A DNA stretch of 64,000 nucleotides from a virus: IMG/VR virus record IMGVR_UViG_3300045988_080466. One strand, 5' to 3'. The notes below the pieces were generated by a model that did no database searches, was not told the origin of the DNA, and saw only the letters and a list, made by a program, of their open reading frames with translations. This document shows, in pieces, positions 28,683-38,191 of this stretch. A program made the translations under genes and the position numbers. How positions within the stretch are numbered: the stretch's first letter is position 1; each line of letters opens with the position of its first letter.

Positions 28683-29782
28683 TATAGTGTAATAGTTATT
28701 TGTAAAGGTTTATTTTCTTTGGCATCTATTTTCTTTGGCTGAATCTCTTCATACTTTTCCTTTACATAGTCGGAAGTTAAATACTTCCCGTAATCATAGA
28801 TTTCGTCAGATTTTGGCAACTCTTTCCAGAGTCCGCACTTTCCATAGAAAGCAGTTCCTACCTCTATATCCGACTCGCCATAACGATTCTTTAGAACAGT
28901 TATGCTTCTAAATCTAGATTGTAATGTTTTTATGTCGTAACCCTTATATTTATTCAGTCTTTCTCTGAACGGATTGAATATAGAAATAATGATTTCACTA
29001 TCCTGAGCTGGAGAACCACTATCCTTTATATCTGAGATTTGCATATTATCAAATCCGGCTTTCTTTCTGTCCATTGAAGTAGAATCTCTATTCGCCTGCA
29101 TAATAACTAGCGGACTAATTCCACATCTATTTCTCAAAGTTACCAAATAAGATGAAATTAAATCCATTTCTTCCTTTAGACTTCTTCCTTGAGATTTACG
29201 AACAAGACTCAAGTGGTCTATCACTACTAAATGAATCAGGTCTTCGTTGTCTGGCTCATAAATAGTTCTAGTTTCAGTCTCAATAAATTTACCTCTTCCC
29301 TCCAGTTCCTTCATTAGGGATGAATACAGAATCTCTGCATTTAAAGCCTTATCGTGAACTGTAATTACCTTTTCAACATCATGTAACCAAGGTAAAGATG
29401 CAAGAACTAAATTATAGTGCTCTTCGCTTAATGTATATCCCTTCTCTTTAGAAAGTAATTCTTTAGTAGATAATTCAACTCCATATTCCTCGAATATGTG
29501 CATACATAGTAGTTTAGCAAAGAGTAACTCACTACTCATTTCCAAACTATAATATGTAACTTTGAAGTTGTCGTCATGTAAATGTTCAACCAGTGGTCTG
29601 TAAATGTAAGAATACAAAGCTAATGAGGTCTTACCAGAACCAGTTCCACTAAATAACAGAGTGTAAGTTCCCTTAGTTACTCCATCTATTATACTCTCCA
29701 ACTTGGGCATACCCATACTTAATCCCCAGTTCTTTCCACTTCTTCCTAATGTGATTTGATGTACTAACGAGTTTGTTATCAT
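28682..29782 (-). CDS. DnaB-like replicative DNA helicase (RecA-type domain)
   Basis: Walker A SGTGSGKTS, Walker B HLVVIDHLSL, LVIMQANR, DSGSPAQDSEIIISIF. Confidence 0.75.
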   Translation of the reverse strand: MITNSLVHQITLGRSGKNWGLSMGMPKLESIIDGVTKGTYTLLFSGTGSGKTSLALYSYIYRPLVEHLHDDNFKVTYYSLEMSSELLFAKLLCMHIFEEYGVELSTKELLSKEKGYTLSEEHYNLVLASLPWLHDVEKVITVHDKALNAEILYSSLMKELEGRGKFIETETRTIYEPDNEDLIHLVVIDHLSLVRKSQGRSLKEEMDLISSYLVTLRNRCGISPLVIMQANRDSTSMDRKKAGFDNMQISDIKDSGSPAQDSEIIISIFNPFRERLNKYKGYDIKTLQSRFRSITVLKNRYGESDIEVGTAFYGKCGLWKELPKSDEIYDYGKYLTSDYVKEKYEEIQPKKIDAKENKPLQITITL

Positions 29783-30399
29783 AAAGACCTAATTGCTGAA
29801 AAGTTTATACCATCATAATCTCCACTCATTAATAATTCTATGTCTTTCCATTTTTGCGAAATGACAAACTCACAAATGCCGAAGTTTATAAAGCTAGTAT
29901 TTTCAAGTGCCCAGTTTAAGCACTCCAACACATGCTCATGTTCGGCTGGATTATGTCTTATAGATTTACCATAAAATCGGAAGAAATCCTCAAGACTGTC
30001 AAATTTCTTAGCAATATTACGTAATCCATACGTAACTCCATTAATGTTAGTAAATGCAGGATATGCTTCAAACAGCTCTTTTCCCATTTCAAACGAAGCT
30101 CTATAAAAAGTCTTTAAGAAATTAACAGCAAAATCAACCTTTTCAGGATGAAACTGTTCTCCTTTATTGGGAATCTTATAAGACTTCAATATTACTCCCT
30201 TGTTCTGTAAAGAAACAAGTGTATCTCTCAAAGGACCTCTCATTTCTTCTGGAATTGCTAAAAATCTAAATACATATTCAGGGTTATATTCTTCTTTCGC
30301 AAAAAGTAAAATTCTAATTGTAAATAGCTCATTCGGAGAGATTTGATACTTCTCCAAAATTGCTAGCTCATTGTCTATTGTTAAACTTAATTTATCCAA
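29779..30399 (-). CDS. hypothetical protein (replication-associated by position)
   Basis: TTG start; overlaps helicase start; no motif. Confidence 0.5.
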   Translation of the reverse strand: MDKLSLTIDNELAILEKYQISPNELFTIRILLFAKEEYNPEYVFRFLAIPEEMRGPLRDTLVSLQNKGVILKSYKIPNKGEQFHPEKVDFAVNFLKTFYRASFEMGKELFEAYPAFTNINGVTYGLRNIAKKFDSLEDFFRFYGKSIRHNPAEHEHVLECLNWALENTSFINFGICEFVISQKWKDIELLMSGDYDGINFSAIRSL

Positions 30400-30447
30400 A
30401 CAGTTAAAAATTAAATAGTAAAATATTAATCTCTAACTGTAATCACT

Positions 30448-30633
30448 TTAATCTCCTCTCAGAGCGTTATCAATTACATACGGTTCTAAAAACTCTTCCA
30501 AAAGTTTGTCTACTCGGTTTTCTATAGCTACTGGGCTATATATCTTATCGTTAACCTCGAAAAAGTCCATCTCTTCTGTTGCGTCCAAAATTCTAGCCAA
30601 CAACAGTAATTCTACTTGTTTCTCTAATATCAT
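30448..30633 (-). CDS. hypothetical protein (61 aa)
   Basis: Track ORF 30448..30699 trimmed to ATG 30633 (MILEKQ) because a consensus promoter lies inside the extension. Confidence 0.45.
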   Translation of the reverse strand: MILEKQVELLLLARILDATEEMDFFEVNDKIYSPVAIENRVDKLLEEFLEPYVIDNALRGD

Positions 30634-30647
30634 TTCGAATTGGATTA

Positions 30648-30679
30648 CAAAGATAATAAAAATAATCGACATTTCCAAA
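30648..30679 (-). promoter_or_regulatory. Bacteroidota-type promoter
   Basis: Minus-sense TTTG (30676-30679), N20, TATCTTTG (30648-30655). Confidence 0.7.
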
Positions 30680-30711
30680 CCTAAGTGAGATTTAGGCAAT
30701 TTTAACCTAAA

Positions 30712-30912
30712 TCACTTGGTCGGTCCTTTCCATGTCTCTAAAAAGAATTCTAGGTTTCTCTGACATTCGGCAGGGTCTTTATATGTATATTTGCTATCCC
30801 AGCATTGATACCCACAGTTTAATGTCCAAGCCCATCCCCATAAGTCAGCTTCCTCATCGTACCAATAGTTCATTGATACGTCATAGTTTTTTCCTGCTTC
30901 CTGTATTGTCAT
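30712..30912 (-). CDS. hypothetical protein (66 aa, Trp-rich)
   Basis: ORF in array. Confidence 0.45.
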   Translation of the reverse strand: MTIQEAGKNYDVSMNYWYDEEADLWGWAWTLNCGYQCWDSKYTYKDPAECQRNLEFFLETWKGPTK

Positions 30913-31283
30913 ATTATATTAAATATGTTGTCTATTGCCTTTTTGACAACAGCATTATTACAAATATCATATTTCTCACTCCAGTTTGATTTTCTGTAGT
31001 AAGAAAATATCTGACTAGAGGTTAACTGTGTTGTTTTAATATGGGAATACTTAGAAAGTTTATTTATAAACAATTTACTAGGCATTATTTGCAAACAATA
31101 GTGCTTTCCCGAAACTCCGTCTATCGGACCATCATCTTGTATAATAAAACGATATTCAATATCATAAGCCTCTAACCACTCTGCTATCAAGTAAGCAAAA
31201 TAACAGCAACCTCCAGAATTCATACTATATCTCCTATCTAGCTCGGATGCTAGATAGTTTAACTTTTTAATCAGAAATTCCAT
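30909..31283 (-). CDS. transglutaminase-like / papain-fold Cys-His protein, paralog A
   Basis: NSGGCCYFAYLIAEWLEAYDIEYRF ... GKHYCLQI fits the GxCxxFA...(I/V)xxR...H pattern of transglutaminase-like cysteine proteases. Confidence 0.5.
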   Translation of the reverse strand: MEFLIKKLNYLASELDRRYSMNSGGCCYFAYLIAEWLEAYDIEYRFIIQDDGPIDGVSGKHYCLQIMPSKLFINKLSKYSHIKTTQLTSSQIFSYYRKSNWSEKYDICNNAVVKKAIDNIFNII

Positions 31284-31286
31284 ATG

Positions 31287-31406
31287 TTAATCATAGTATC
31301 CACTCATCCAACGTTGTCTTTCTATATACTGTTTAGCAGTTTTAGACACTGGAGCATTATACCAGTTTTTTAACTTCTTCATTTCGTTATCATAATCGCT
31401 TGACAT
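31287..31406 (-). CDS. small hypothetical protein (39 aa)
   Basis: Below cutoff; MSSDYDNEMKKLKNWYNAPVSKTAKQYIERQRWMSGYYD. Confidence 0.3.
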   Translation of the reverse strand: MSSDYDNEMKKLKNWYNAPVSKTAKQYIERQRWMSGYYD

Positions 31407-31440
31407 AATTTTGTATTTTTAAATAAGTTAGTAAAATATC

Positions 31441-32718
31441 TCAATACCTAAACATGAAGGTCATTGGCTTTTTCTTTATCTCTTCAAAAGGTTCTCTTTT
31501 CAATACGTGCATTAATTGTTCTTCGTCTAAAGTTACATACTTTTTATTGGCATGTGACTTATTAAACCACTCTTCTTCAACAGTTCCTCTTACCACAAAG
31601 GTAAATATTTCTGCACGCTTGTTCGGAGCAAACCTAACTACTCTTCCAGTTCTTTGTATCATTTTGGTAGGACTTGAATCCATTCCTAGAATTATAGCTA
31701 CAGATAATCCAGAAACATCCATTCCCTCATCTGCTTTTTTAACGGTATTTAATACCCCAGTATCCATTTTACTGAACTCTTCAAGAGTTATTCTGCTTTT
31801 CTTTTTTGAATCTTTTCCAGTATAAACAGACCCTCGTTTTATTTTTTCTGCAATTTTAGTAGTTGCAGAAAATGTGACTATTTTACAATCCTGCCTGTAA
31901 TCACAAATTAATTGAGTAAGTCTGATTTTATCTGGGTGATTATAAATGAATTGTTTTCTTTGCTGCATAGTTCTTGCAAAACCAACAGCATGAAATGTGA
32001 TATCCTTTAGAACTTCAGACTTTATTTTCCCATCCTTTATCTTGTCTCTTTCACATATAAAGTCTCTATAAACCATTCTATATTTATAGCCCTCTTTACC
32101 AATCATTTGCATGGCTAAAGAGAAGTTATAATCAAAGTAAGAGAAGTGTTCAGTAAACTCTCTATTATATTTCTGGTACTCGGAGATGTCTGCATCAATA
32201 TACACTTTATATTCAACATAATCAGAAACCCATCCATTCTGAAGAGCTTCTTCAAGAGAAATAGTATCAATAATTGGACAATATTTCTCAATAATTTTAT
32301 GTCTTCCATCAAGTCTCTCAAGTGTTGCGGTTAGACCAAGTATCATTCGATACTTGACTCTTTCAAATACTTCACTAAATGTATCAGCTCCCATTCTATG
32401 AATTTCATCAATTATAAGTATATCGCAAGTCCATTCGTGTTTAACGACGGTATTGATTACTACAACCTCTGCGTTCATAAAGATTCCATGCTTAGTAAGT
32501 TGCATAATCCATTGCTCTTTAAGCAAGTCTGTCGGGACTACAACCAATATTCTAAACTGTGGATATTTATTCAAGACACTCTTTGCACATTTAATGGCAG
32601 TATAAGTTTTGCCTACACCAGTACCATATTCTAAAGTTCCTCTACATTTATTATCAATCCATTTAATTCTACCTTCTTCCTGTCTTTCATCACGAGTTGG
32701 CGGTGTAAATAAATCCAA
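31441..32718 (-). CDS. SF2 DEAD/DEAH-box helicase (UvsW / type III res-like)
   Basis: Motif I GTGVGKT, motif II IIDEIH, motif III LTAT, late QRTGRVVR; TTG start. Confidence 0.75.
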   Translation of the reverse strand: MDLFTPPTRDERQEEGRIKWIDNKCRGTLEYGTGVGKTYTAIKCAKSVLNKYPQFRILVVVPTDLLKEQWIMQLTKHGIFMNAEVVVINTVVKHEWTCDILIIDEIHRMGADTFSEVFERVKYRMILGLTATLERLDGRHKIIEKYCPIIDTISLEEALQNGWVSDYVEYKVYIDADISEYQKYNREFTEHFSYFDYNFSLAMQMIGKEGYKYRMVYRDFICERDKIKDGKIKSEVLKDITFHAVGFARTMQQRKQFIYNHPDKIRLTQLICDYRQDCKIVTFSATTKIAEKIKRGSVYTGKDSKKKSRITLEEFSKMDTGVLNTVKKADEGMDVSGLSVAIILGMDSSPTKMIQRTGRVVRFAPNKRAEIFTFVVRGTVEEEWFNKSHANKKYVTLDEEQLMHVLKREPFEEIKKKPMTFMFRY

Positions 32719-32777
32719 AATTAGATTATAGATGCTAATATTACATAATTATCTACAGGAATAGTAGAAAGTTTCCC

Positions 32778-32785
32778 CAAAATTA
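32778..32785 (-). promoter_or_regulatory. possible -7 promoter element (TAATTTTG)
   Basis: Matches TAnnTTTG about 60 nt upstream of the helicase start; no clear -33 TTTG. Confidence 0.3.
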
Positions 32786-32814
32786 ATGAAACTTTAAAGA
32801 GAAACAACTCAATT

Positions 32815-33678
32815 TTAGAGGGTGTATCCATGATATTCAGCAACCTTTTCGATTTGCTCCATTCTAGTTTCCCACTGCTCGATATGATACTTCACTTCTT
32901 CTTCAAGTAAGAACAATACTTTATCTCTCAAAGTAGTCAGTTGTTCGGTAGTTAAATCGAAATACTTCTTACTCTTCAAGTTAATCATTGCTCTCAATTG
33001 TCCATATGTCAATCCTCTCGAATTTACATATAGTTTAGCAGTAGATTTTAAATTGAGACGTTCCCTTACTACTTCTAATCTGTCTCTGATATTACCGTTC
33101 TCGTCCTTTTCAGTCAAGTCTTTCATTTCCTGTGGAGTGAACCATAATCCCTGTTTCAGAATAAAGGTAAGGGTTATATGTTGTTTGTTAAATTTACCTA
33201 GTGCATCTAGGCATCCATCCAATACTAGCTCGATAGGTATGCTTGCAAATTCCAACGGGATTCCGTTTGTAAGGGTAGAGATAGGATATTCTTTTAGTTT
33301 ATCCTTAGTAAGTTGTTCCTTGTTGGCTTCAATGACTTTACTCAAATCATTTCTATACAAGAATCTCGGATAACGCTTTCTGTCTTCTGTTTCTTTCTCA
33401 AGATAACGAAGATAAAGCTCAGTGTTACATTTGTCTCTCTGTTCCTTAATAATATCTAACAATACATATCTTCCCGGATGTGCTTTGTCAGTGTTATATA
33501 ACATAGATTTACAGTGTTGATAAAAACTTCTCAACTGTTCTTCTGTACAGTCAACCAGACGATATTCTGATTGAACTTTTTCTCCACCAAACTCTTCTTT
33601 AGCACCTTTCCAAATGAAAGATTTAATATTATTATCCTTTGCTGCAAGCGCTTCTTCTAGCTTTTCTTTAACTATCAT
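32815..33678 (-). CDS. hypothetical protein (287 aa)
   Basis: ORF in array. Confidence 0.6.
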   Translation of the reverse strand: MIVKEKLEEALAAKDNNIKSFIWKGAKEEFGGEKVQSEYRLVDCTEEQLRSFYQHCKSMLYNTDKAHPGRYVLLDIIKEQRDKCNTELYLRYLEKETEDRKRYPRFLYRNDLSKVIEANKEQLTKDKLKEYPISTLTNGIPLEFASIPIELVLDGCLDALGKFNKQHITLTFILKQGLWFTPQEMKDLTEKDENGNIRDRLEVVRERLNLKSTAKLYVNSRGLTYGQLRAMINLKSKKYFDLTTEQLTTLRDKVLFLLEEEVKYHIEQWETRMEQIEKVAEYHGYTL

Positions 33679-33755
33679 AACTTTTATAAACTTTTACTAT
33701 TCTTAATTTTTCATCATCTCTTTGTTTTAAAAGTTATCTATTGTGTTCTTAGCCG

Positions 33756-34052
33756 TTACATATACATAACATACTCTTTCTTTTCTTCTGGTTTAGGTAT
33801 AAACTTAATAAATTGTATGTTATTATAATTATAGGGAATCATTTTACTCCCATCGAACCATGTATCAATTCCGGCTCTAATCTCTTTATACTCTAGAAAG
33901 CCTACTTCTCCCAGACGTAGTGAGCGGTGTTCCCAATTCGGGAACTGCACACACATAAGATACTCTTTACTTTCTAAATCCTGAAATACATACGTGACAT
34001 ATTGCTCGGGGTCAGTACTACTCGCAACCAGTTTCGCAAGTATTGTTATCAT
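33756..34052 (-). CDS. hypothetical protein (98 aa)
   Basis: ORF; ATG start; 35-nt overlap with upstream gene. Confidence 0.45.
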   Translation of the reverse strand: MITILAKLVASSTDPEQYVTYVFQDLESKEYLMCVQFPNWEHRSLRLGEVGFLEYKEIRAGIDTWFDGSKMIPYNYNNIQFIKFIPKPEEKKEYVMYM

Positions 34053-34437
34053 CCTCTATGATGTAGTCACGAATAAGGTCTTCCTTATCTGTTTCCGTGT
34101 CTTCATCTGTGGGGATTGCACAATACTCAATCCAGTCTTCCATGTAGCTATCAAACACCTCATTGGCATATGCTACCAATTCCGGGTCTTCATCGTCTCT
34201 ATCCCAACCGAGTTCTCCATGGGCTTCTTCTATTGCATCCGCATAAGTACCTAAGCCATTGGTACCTTCATAAGAATCATACTCTTCACAAGCTGCTTCC
34301 CATGCTTCATGTTCTGCATCTTCGTGAGATTCGAACATACCGGTGTATAAATATTTCTTTCCACCGAAACCTCCACCGAGTCCAGCATAAATGTTATATT
34401 CTTTCATTTTACTTCTATCAATTGTTTTTACTGCCAT
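34018..34437 (-). CDS. hypothetical acidic protein (139 aa)
   Basis: ORF in array. Confidence 0.5.
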   Translation of the reverse strand: MAVKTIDRSKMKEYNIYAGLGGGFGGKKYLYTGMFESHEDAEHEAWEAACEEYDSYEGTNGLGTYADAIEEAHGELGWDRDDEDPELVAYANEVFDSYMEDWIEYCAIPTDEDTETDKEDLIRDYIIEDDNNTCETGCE

Positions 34438-34898
34438 AATACGTCGTTTTCAGGAATTTCAATACCAATCTGTTTGCACTTATTATATTGAGCTTGAGAA
34501 ATTCTACCTCTATATCCTGGAGTGTTTCTCATAACACGAATCCAGCCAGATGCTTCAAGTTGCTCTACTGATTTCTTAAAATAGTAATATGCAAGGTCAT
34601 CATGTTGCATCCAGTCACAAGGATAGAGTTTTCCGTCTCTATCTATCCAACCATTACCATTCCATTCTTTACCAGTGGGGTCTAAATAAGTGTCTTTATA
34701 ATCAAGCTCTTCGAAGCAGATTGCTTCTACTTCTTCTAATACATCGAAAGCACTTACTGGGCATCTCCCGTAATTCCCATTATAGCATAAAACATCCACT
34801 CCGTCACGGTAATCCTTAATATCTTTATCAAGGATTTGTCTCCAGCCAGGTTGTACACGTTCTAACCCAGCTTCTCTTATTTTTATAAACAAGCCCAT
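34428..34898 (-). CDS. hypothetical protein
   Basis: Track ORF starts at TTG 34988; ATG at 34898 (MGLFIKIRE) avoids overlap with the membrane-protein gene. Confidence 0.5.
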   Translation of the reverse strand: MGLFIKIREAGLERVQPGWRQILDKDIKDYRDGVDVLCYNGNYGRCPVSAFDVLEEVEAICFEELDYKDTYLDPTGKEWNGNGWIDRDGKLYPCDWMQHDDLAYYYFKKSVEQLEASGWIRVMRNTPGYRGRISQAQYNKCKQIGIEIPENDVLWQ

Positions 34899-34932
34899 AT
34901 TGTAATAAGCATTAAGTAATATAAGTATGTTT

Positions 34933-35196
34933 TCATTTCTTAAATAACCAATATAAAAGTTTGTTTTCTTCCCAGCCTTTCCACTCAAATTGTATGAAGC
35001 TTATTGCAGTTACTAAAATGAACGCAAGAGCCACATTAAGAAATGGAATTATACAAACAGCATAAAGTAATATCTTTACAATGTTAGGAACTTTAATCTT
35101 TTTTTCATCCCAGTCATCGTAAGCATACTTATTTGCTATCTTTATCCACCAAGATATTACTATAATGGATATAATTATTGTTATTAAATATGTCAT
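34933..35196 (-). CDS. membrane protein (2 predicted TM helices)
   Basis: MTYLITIIISIIVISWW... and LLYAVCIIPFLNVALAFILVTAISF. Confidence 0.5.
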   Translation of the reverse strand: MTYLITIIISIIVISWWIKIANKYAYDDWDEKKIKVPNIVKILLYAVCIIPFLNVALAFILVTAISFIQFEWKGWEENKLLYWLFKK

Positions 35197-35197
35197 T

Positions 35198-35359
35198 TTA
35201 TTTTTCTCTATAATCTACACAACCATACTTCGCAAAGTCACAAATCTTCTTTTCGATTCCTATAAAACAAGGATATTTTACACACTCTTTACAAGTTCGA
35301 GCCGGATATTTGTATTTAACTCCGTCCTTATCCTTATCTATTGCCTGCTTTTTTGCCAT
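35198..35359 (-). CDS. small Cys-rich protein
   Basis: ATG at 35359 (MAKKQAIDK...); CKEC..YPC..C...C. Confidence 0.4.
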   Translation of the reverse strand: MAKKQAIDKDKDGVKYKYPARTCKECVKYPCFIGIEKKICDFAKYGCVDYREK

Positions 35360-35585
35360 TAGTTTTTGGTTTATAATTCTCACAGAAATTTACAGCGGCA
35401 TCTAATGCTTCGCTATATTTCAAATATCCAGCTCTCGGCAATCCATTATTGGAATCTGCCCAATGAGCTGTTGTGACATTACCTACATAAACTCCAGCAG
35501 TCCACAACCATTGACCTTTATTTTGTTGTGGAAATATGCAGATTCGGAATCCTTTTGCTTCCCATTGTTCGATTGTTTCAATCAT
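35334..35585 (-). CDS. hypothetical protein (83 aa)
   Basis: ORF in array. Confidence 0.45.
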   Translation of the reverse strand: MIETIEQWEAKGFRICIFPQQNKGQWLWTAGVYVGNVTTAHWADSNNGLPRAGYLKYSEALDAAVNFCENYKPKTNGKKAGNR

Positions 35586-35712
35586 CGGCTAACCATGCTA
35601 AGAATATTGCCCAAGCAACACATGTAAGAGCCATAGCTATTACATTGCTTATTAAGGATGATATTACAGCAGCTCCGAGAATTAAACCAATCCAGTACCT
35701 TACGTCTTTCAT
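35578..35712 (-). CDS. small membrane protein (about 44 aa)
   Basis: ATG at 35712 (MKDVRYWIGLILGAAVISSLISNVIAMALTCVAWAIFLAWL); ATGA overlap with upstream stop. Confidence 0.4.
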   Translation of the reverse strand: MKDVRYWIGLILGAAVISSLISNVIAMALTCVAWAIFLAWLADD

Positions 35713-36131
35713 TTTATAAATAACACAGCAAAAAGTCCAGCAGCGACAGTAAATCCACCTATTGATAGATTTCTCCACTTCTTTATCCTTTTCTCTTTCT
35801 TAGTCAATTGTAAATTGAGTGAACTAATAACTTGGTCGTTCAAGTCAGCCTGTAACATACACCTATTTAACTGGGATAATCTCAAAGAATCAGCAACAGC
35901 TAAATTCTTATTAATGGTCTCCAATCCATTTACTTGCTGAATAAGCAAGTCTACTTCTTTAGAGAGTTTTCTATGCTCTAAAAAGATTAAGTTAGTGTGT
36001 TTCAGTTGCTGGGGAGTTATCACCACCAAAGAATCTTCCGTAACTTTCGGATAGGTAGTCTGAGAAAAACTTGACATCGTCCCCAAGAGGCTGATTAGTA
36101 ATATCAATATAATCTGCTTCATATTTTTCAC
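35709..36131 (-). CDS. secreted/membrane protein: N-terminal signal-like segment plus C-terminal TM (u-spanin-like topology, no lipobox Cys)
   Basis: MKNMKQIILILLISLLGTMSSFSQ ... LSIGGFTVAAGLFAVLFIK; 140-nt out-of-frame overlap with 35992..36363. Confidence 0.45.
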   Translation of the reverse strand: MKNMKQIILILLISLLGTMSSFSQTTYPKVTEDSLVVITPQQLKHTNLIFLEHRKLSKEVDLLIQQVNGLETINKNLAVADSLRLSQLNRCMLQADLNDQVISSLNLQLTKKEKRIKKWRNLSIGGFTVAAGLFAVLFIK

Positions 36132-36363
36132 GAATTTTAATTATTTTTACTTTAGTAGTATCAACAGCATTACGTAAACTGTCATTAACTTTATTAATAC
36201 TACTGATGTGATTATTTAAAGAGTCGATGTCTCGCACCAACTCTTTATAATCCTCACTGGGAGATGTCGGAAGGTTTTTTCTGTAGACCCTATCCATAAT
36301 AGTCATTGTGCCTGCTATGCAGATTAATGCTATTAATAGATAAAGTGCCCAGTTACCTCTCAT
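35992..36363 (-). CDS. N-terminally anchored coiled-coil protein (i-spanin-like topology)
   Basis: NWALYLLIALICIAGTMTIM TM, then heptad-like region. Confidence 0.5.
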   Translation of the reverse strand: MRGNWALYLLIALICIAGTMTIMDRVYRKNLPTSPSEDYKELVRDIDSLNNHISSINKVNDSLRNAVDTTKVKIIKIREKYEADYIDITNQPLGDDVKFFSDYLSESYGRFFGGDNSPATETH

Positions 36364-36884
36364 TACAACTCTCCTCTTCTTTGCAATTCGGCATCATATT
36401 GCAGACACTCGCTAAGGATTTCGAGTTCCCAATCCGGAGCAGTCAGCAGATAATCATGAACTTCCTTCATTCTTGGGCTCAGACTTTGACGTTTTTCTTC
36501 AAGTTCAAGTTCGAAGAAATATCTCTCTGCATCAGCTTTATAAGCTGCAAGATACTTACCCGGATTCTTTTCAAAGAACTCTGCTTCCTGTTCAAGAACA
36601 GCCTGTACCATAGTAGAATTGATAACACCACAAGTGTCAGCGCGAAGGATAGTGAATGGGTTTTCTTTTGCCTTTCTTTCAGCTTCGGTTATACCAATTC
36701 CACGAACATATTCATCACCATCACGTCTTACTGCAATACCCAGGCGAAGTTGTTTTACTTCTGTATCGCTTGCGTTATCGTCACCTTCCTCAATCGGGCA
36801 ACTAAGTGCACAGATTGTATACTCACGTTCGTCACCTTTATAATCAATAAAAGTTCCTTCAATAAATTCAGCTACTTTTTTCAT
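36363..36884 (-). CDS. hypothetical protein (173 aa)
   Basis: ORF in array. Confidence 0.55.
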   Translation of the reverse strand: MKKVAEFIEGTFIDYKGDEREYTICALSCPIEEGDDNASDTEVKQLRLGIAVRRDGDEYVRGIGITEAERKAKENPFTILRADTCGVINSTMVQAVLEQEAEFFEKNPGKYLAAYKADAERYFFELELEEKRQSLSPRMKEVHDYLLTAPDWELEILSECLQYDAELQRRGEL

Positions 36885-36906
36885 TTTGTTTATTTTTTAA
36901 TGTTTA

Positions 36907-37482
36907 TTAATCGTCATTTGGGTTTCTTCCTGGATAATCCAGATAGAAACTCAGGATAGTATCCTGTTTAGTTTGCCAGTCAGTGTCCTCATTTGCCATT
37001 TCAGCAATAGTACGACTGATTGACTCTTCTTCGATCTGTTCCAGAACAAGTTTACCATGTTCATCATCGTTGCCTTTCAACCATGCTTCTGTAGCCCAAT
37101 CACCTTCCTGTATAGCCTGCTTTACAATCTTATTAATTGATTCTGTAGTTTCGATTTCTCTGTCTACAGTAGCTTCGAATGGATAAGCTCTATTAGGAAT
37201 ATCCACATTTATAGCTTCAATTCTTGGATACTGAAATTCGGCATCATTATAGTTTAGATACCAAAGAATCCAGTTGTGGTGATTATCTTCTTCGTCAGCT
37301 CTCAAGATAAAATATTCTTCAAGCTTGGGAAGTCCTTGACAACTAAAATAGTTGGCAAATGTTCTGTAAAGATTGTGATTGCTCAATTCTGCACCGAGTT
37401 GTTTTACCAACATTTCAATCATTGCATGACTAAGAGTACATACTCTTCTGCTCTTGTCGATTGTTTGCTCGGTCTTTGCCAT
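36907..37482 (-). CDS. ferritin-like protein
   Basis: Trimmed to ATG 37482 (MAKTEQ...). QLGAELSNHNLYRTFANYF..GLPKLEEYFILRADEEDNHHNWILWYL fits the ferritin E...ExxH di-iron pattern. Confidence 0.65.
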   Translation of the reverse strand: MAKTEQTIDKSRRVCTLSHAMIEMLVKQLGAELSNHNLYRTFANYFSCQGLPKLEEYFILRADEEDNHHNWILWYLNYNDAEFQYPRIEAINVDIPNRAYPFEATVDREIETTESINKIVKQAIQEGDWATEAWLKGNDDEHGKLVLEQIEEESISRTIAEMANEDTDWQTKQDTILSFYLDYPGRNPNDD

Positions 37483-37495
37483 TGTAGGAGCAACA

Positions 37496-37813
37496 CTATC
37501 GTTTTTTACGACTGGTCTTTCGCTTTCCTTTTTCTCCATTTTTATCGTATAATTTAAATCCATTACTCTCAATATATGACATAGGAGCGCCAACCCATGC
37601 AACACATTTCATATAAGTACATGTCTTGGTCTTTACGGTTTCACACTCCTTAAACTTGCCAATTGGTTTATCAGTTGAGTAGTGTTGAGAGCCTACACAT
37701 TCAGCTCTATCCTTGAAGACTCTATAAAGATTCACTTCGTAGATAAAGCTGTCTGTCACTACTACTTTAACGTCCCCAGAATGGTAGACTGGTTCCGGTG
37801 TAGGTTTTGCCAT
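37496..37813 (-). CDS. hypothetical protein (105 aa)
   Basis: ORF in array. Confidence 0.45.
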   Translation of the reverse strand: MAKPTPEPVYHSGDVKVVVTDSFIYEVNLYRVFKDRAECVGSQHYSTDKPIGKFKECETVKTKTCTYMKCVAWVGAPMSYIESNGFKLYDKNGEKGKRKTSRKKR

Positions 37814-38183
37814 TCCATGAATAGTTTACAAGGTTGTCTTTGTACTTTGCCAAGATTTTTGGAATATCACTTTGTCCACATTTAATGGATAAAGTGGTCT
37901 TTCCACCCTTCGGAACCTTGTGTAACCTTACTATGAGCTTGTCATAGAACGGAATACTCTTTTTCTTTCCTGCCCATCGGGTAAGAAACTCGGTCTTGTC
38001 ACGAGCCCGCTCACGCTTCAGGATGAATTTTTCGGAAGGAGTCTTAGTCCAAACCGAAGGGTCTCTCGGCACAAGTGGTGGAACACGTAATCCCAACGCT
38101 ACCATTTCTGCGTCGTTATATACATCAACTCTTAATTCTTCGTCACTCTGTTGTACTCTTTTTGGTTTTTCAATCTTTTTCAT
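37767..38183 (-). CDS. hypothetical basic protein (138 aa)
   Basis: ORF in array. Confidence 0.5.
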   Translation of the reverse strand: MKKIEKPKRVQQSDEELRVDVYNDAEMVALGLRVPPLVPRDPSVWTKTPSEKFILKRERARDKTEFLTRWAGKKKSIPFYDKLIVRLHKVPKGGKTTLSIKCGQSDIPKILAKYKDNLVNYSWNGKTYTGTSLPFWGR

Positions 38184-38191
38184 GATTATAA

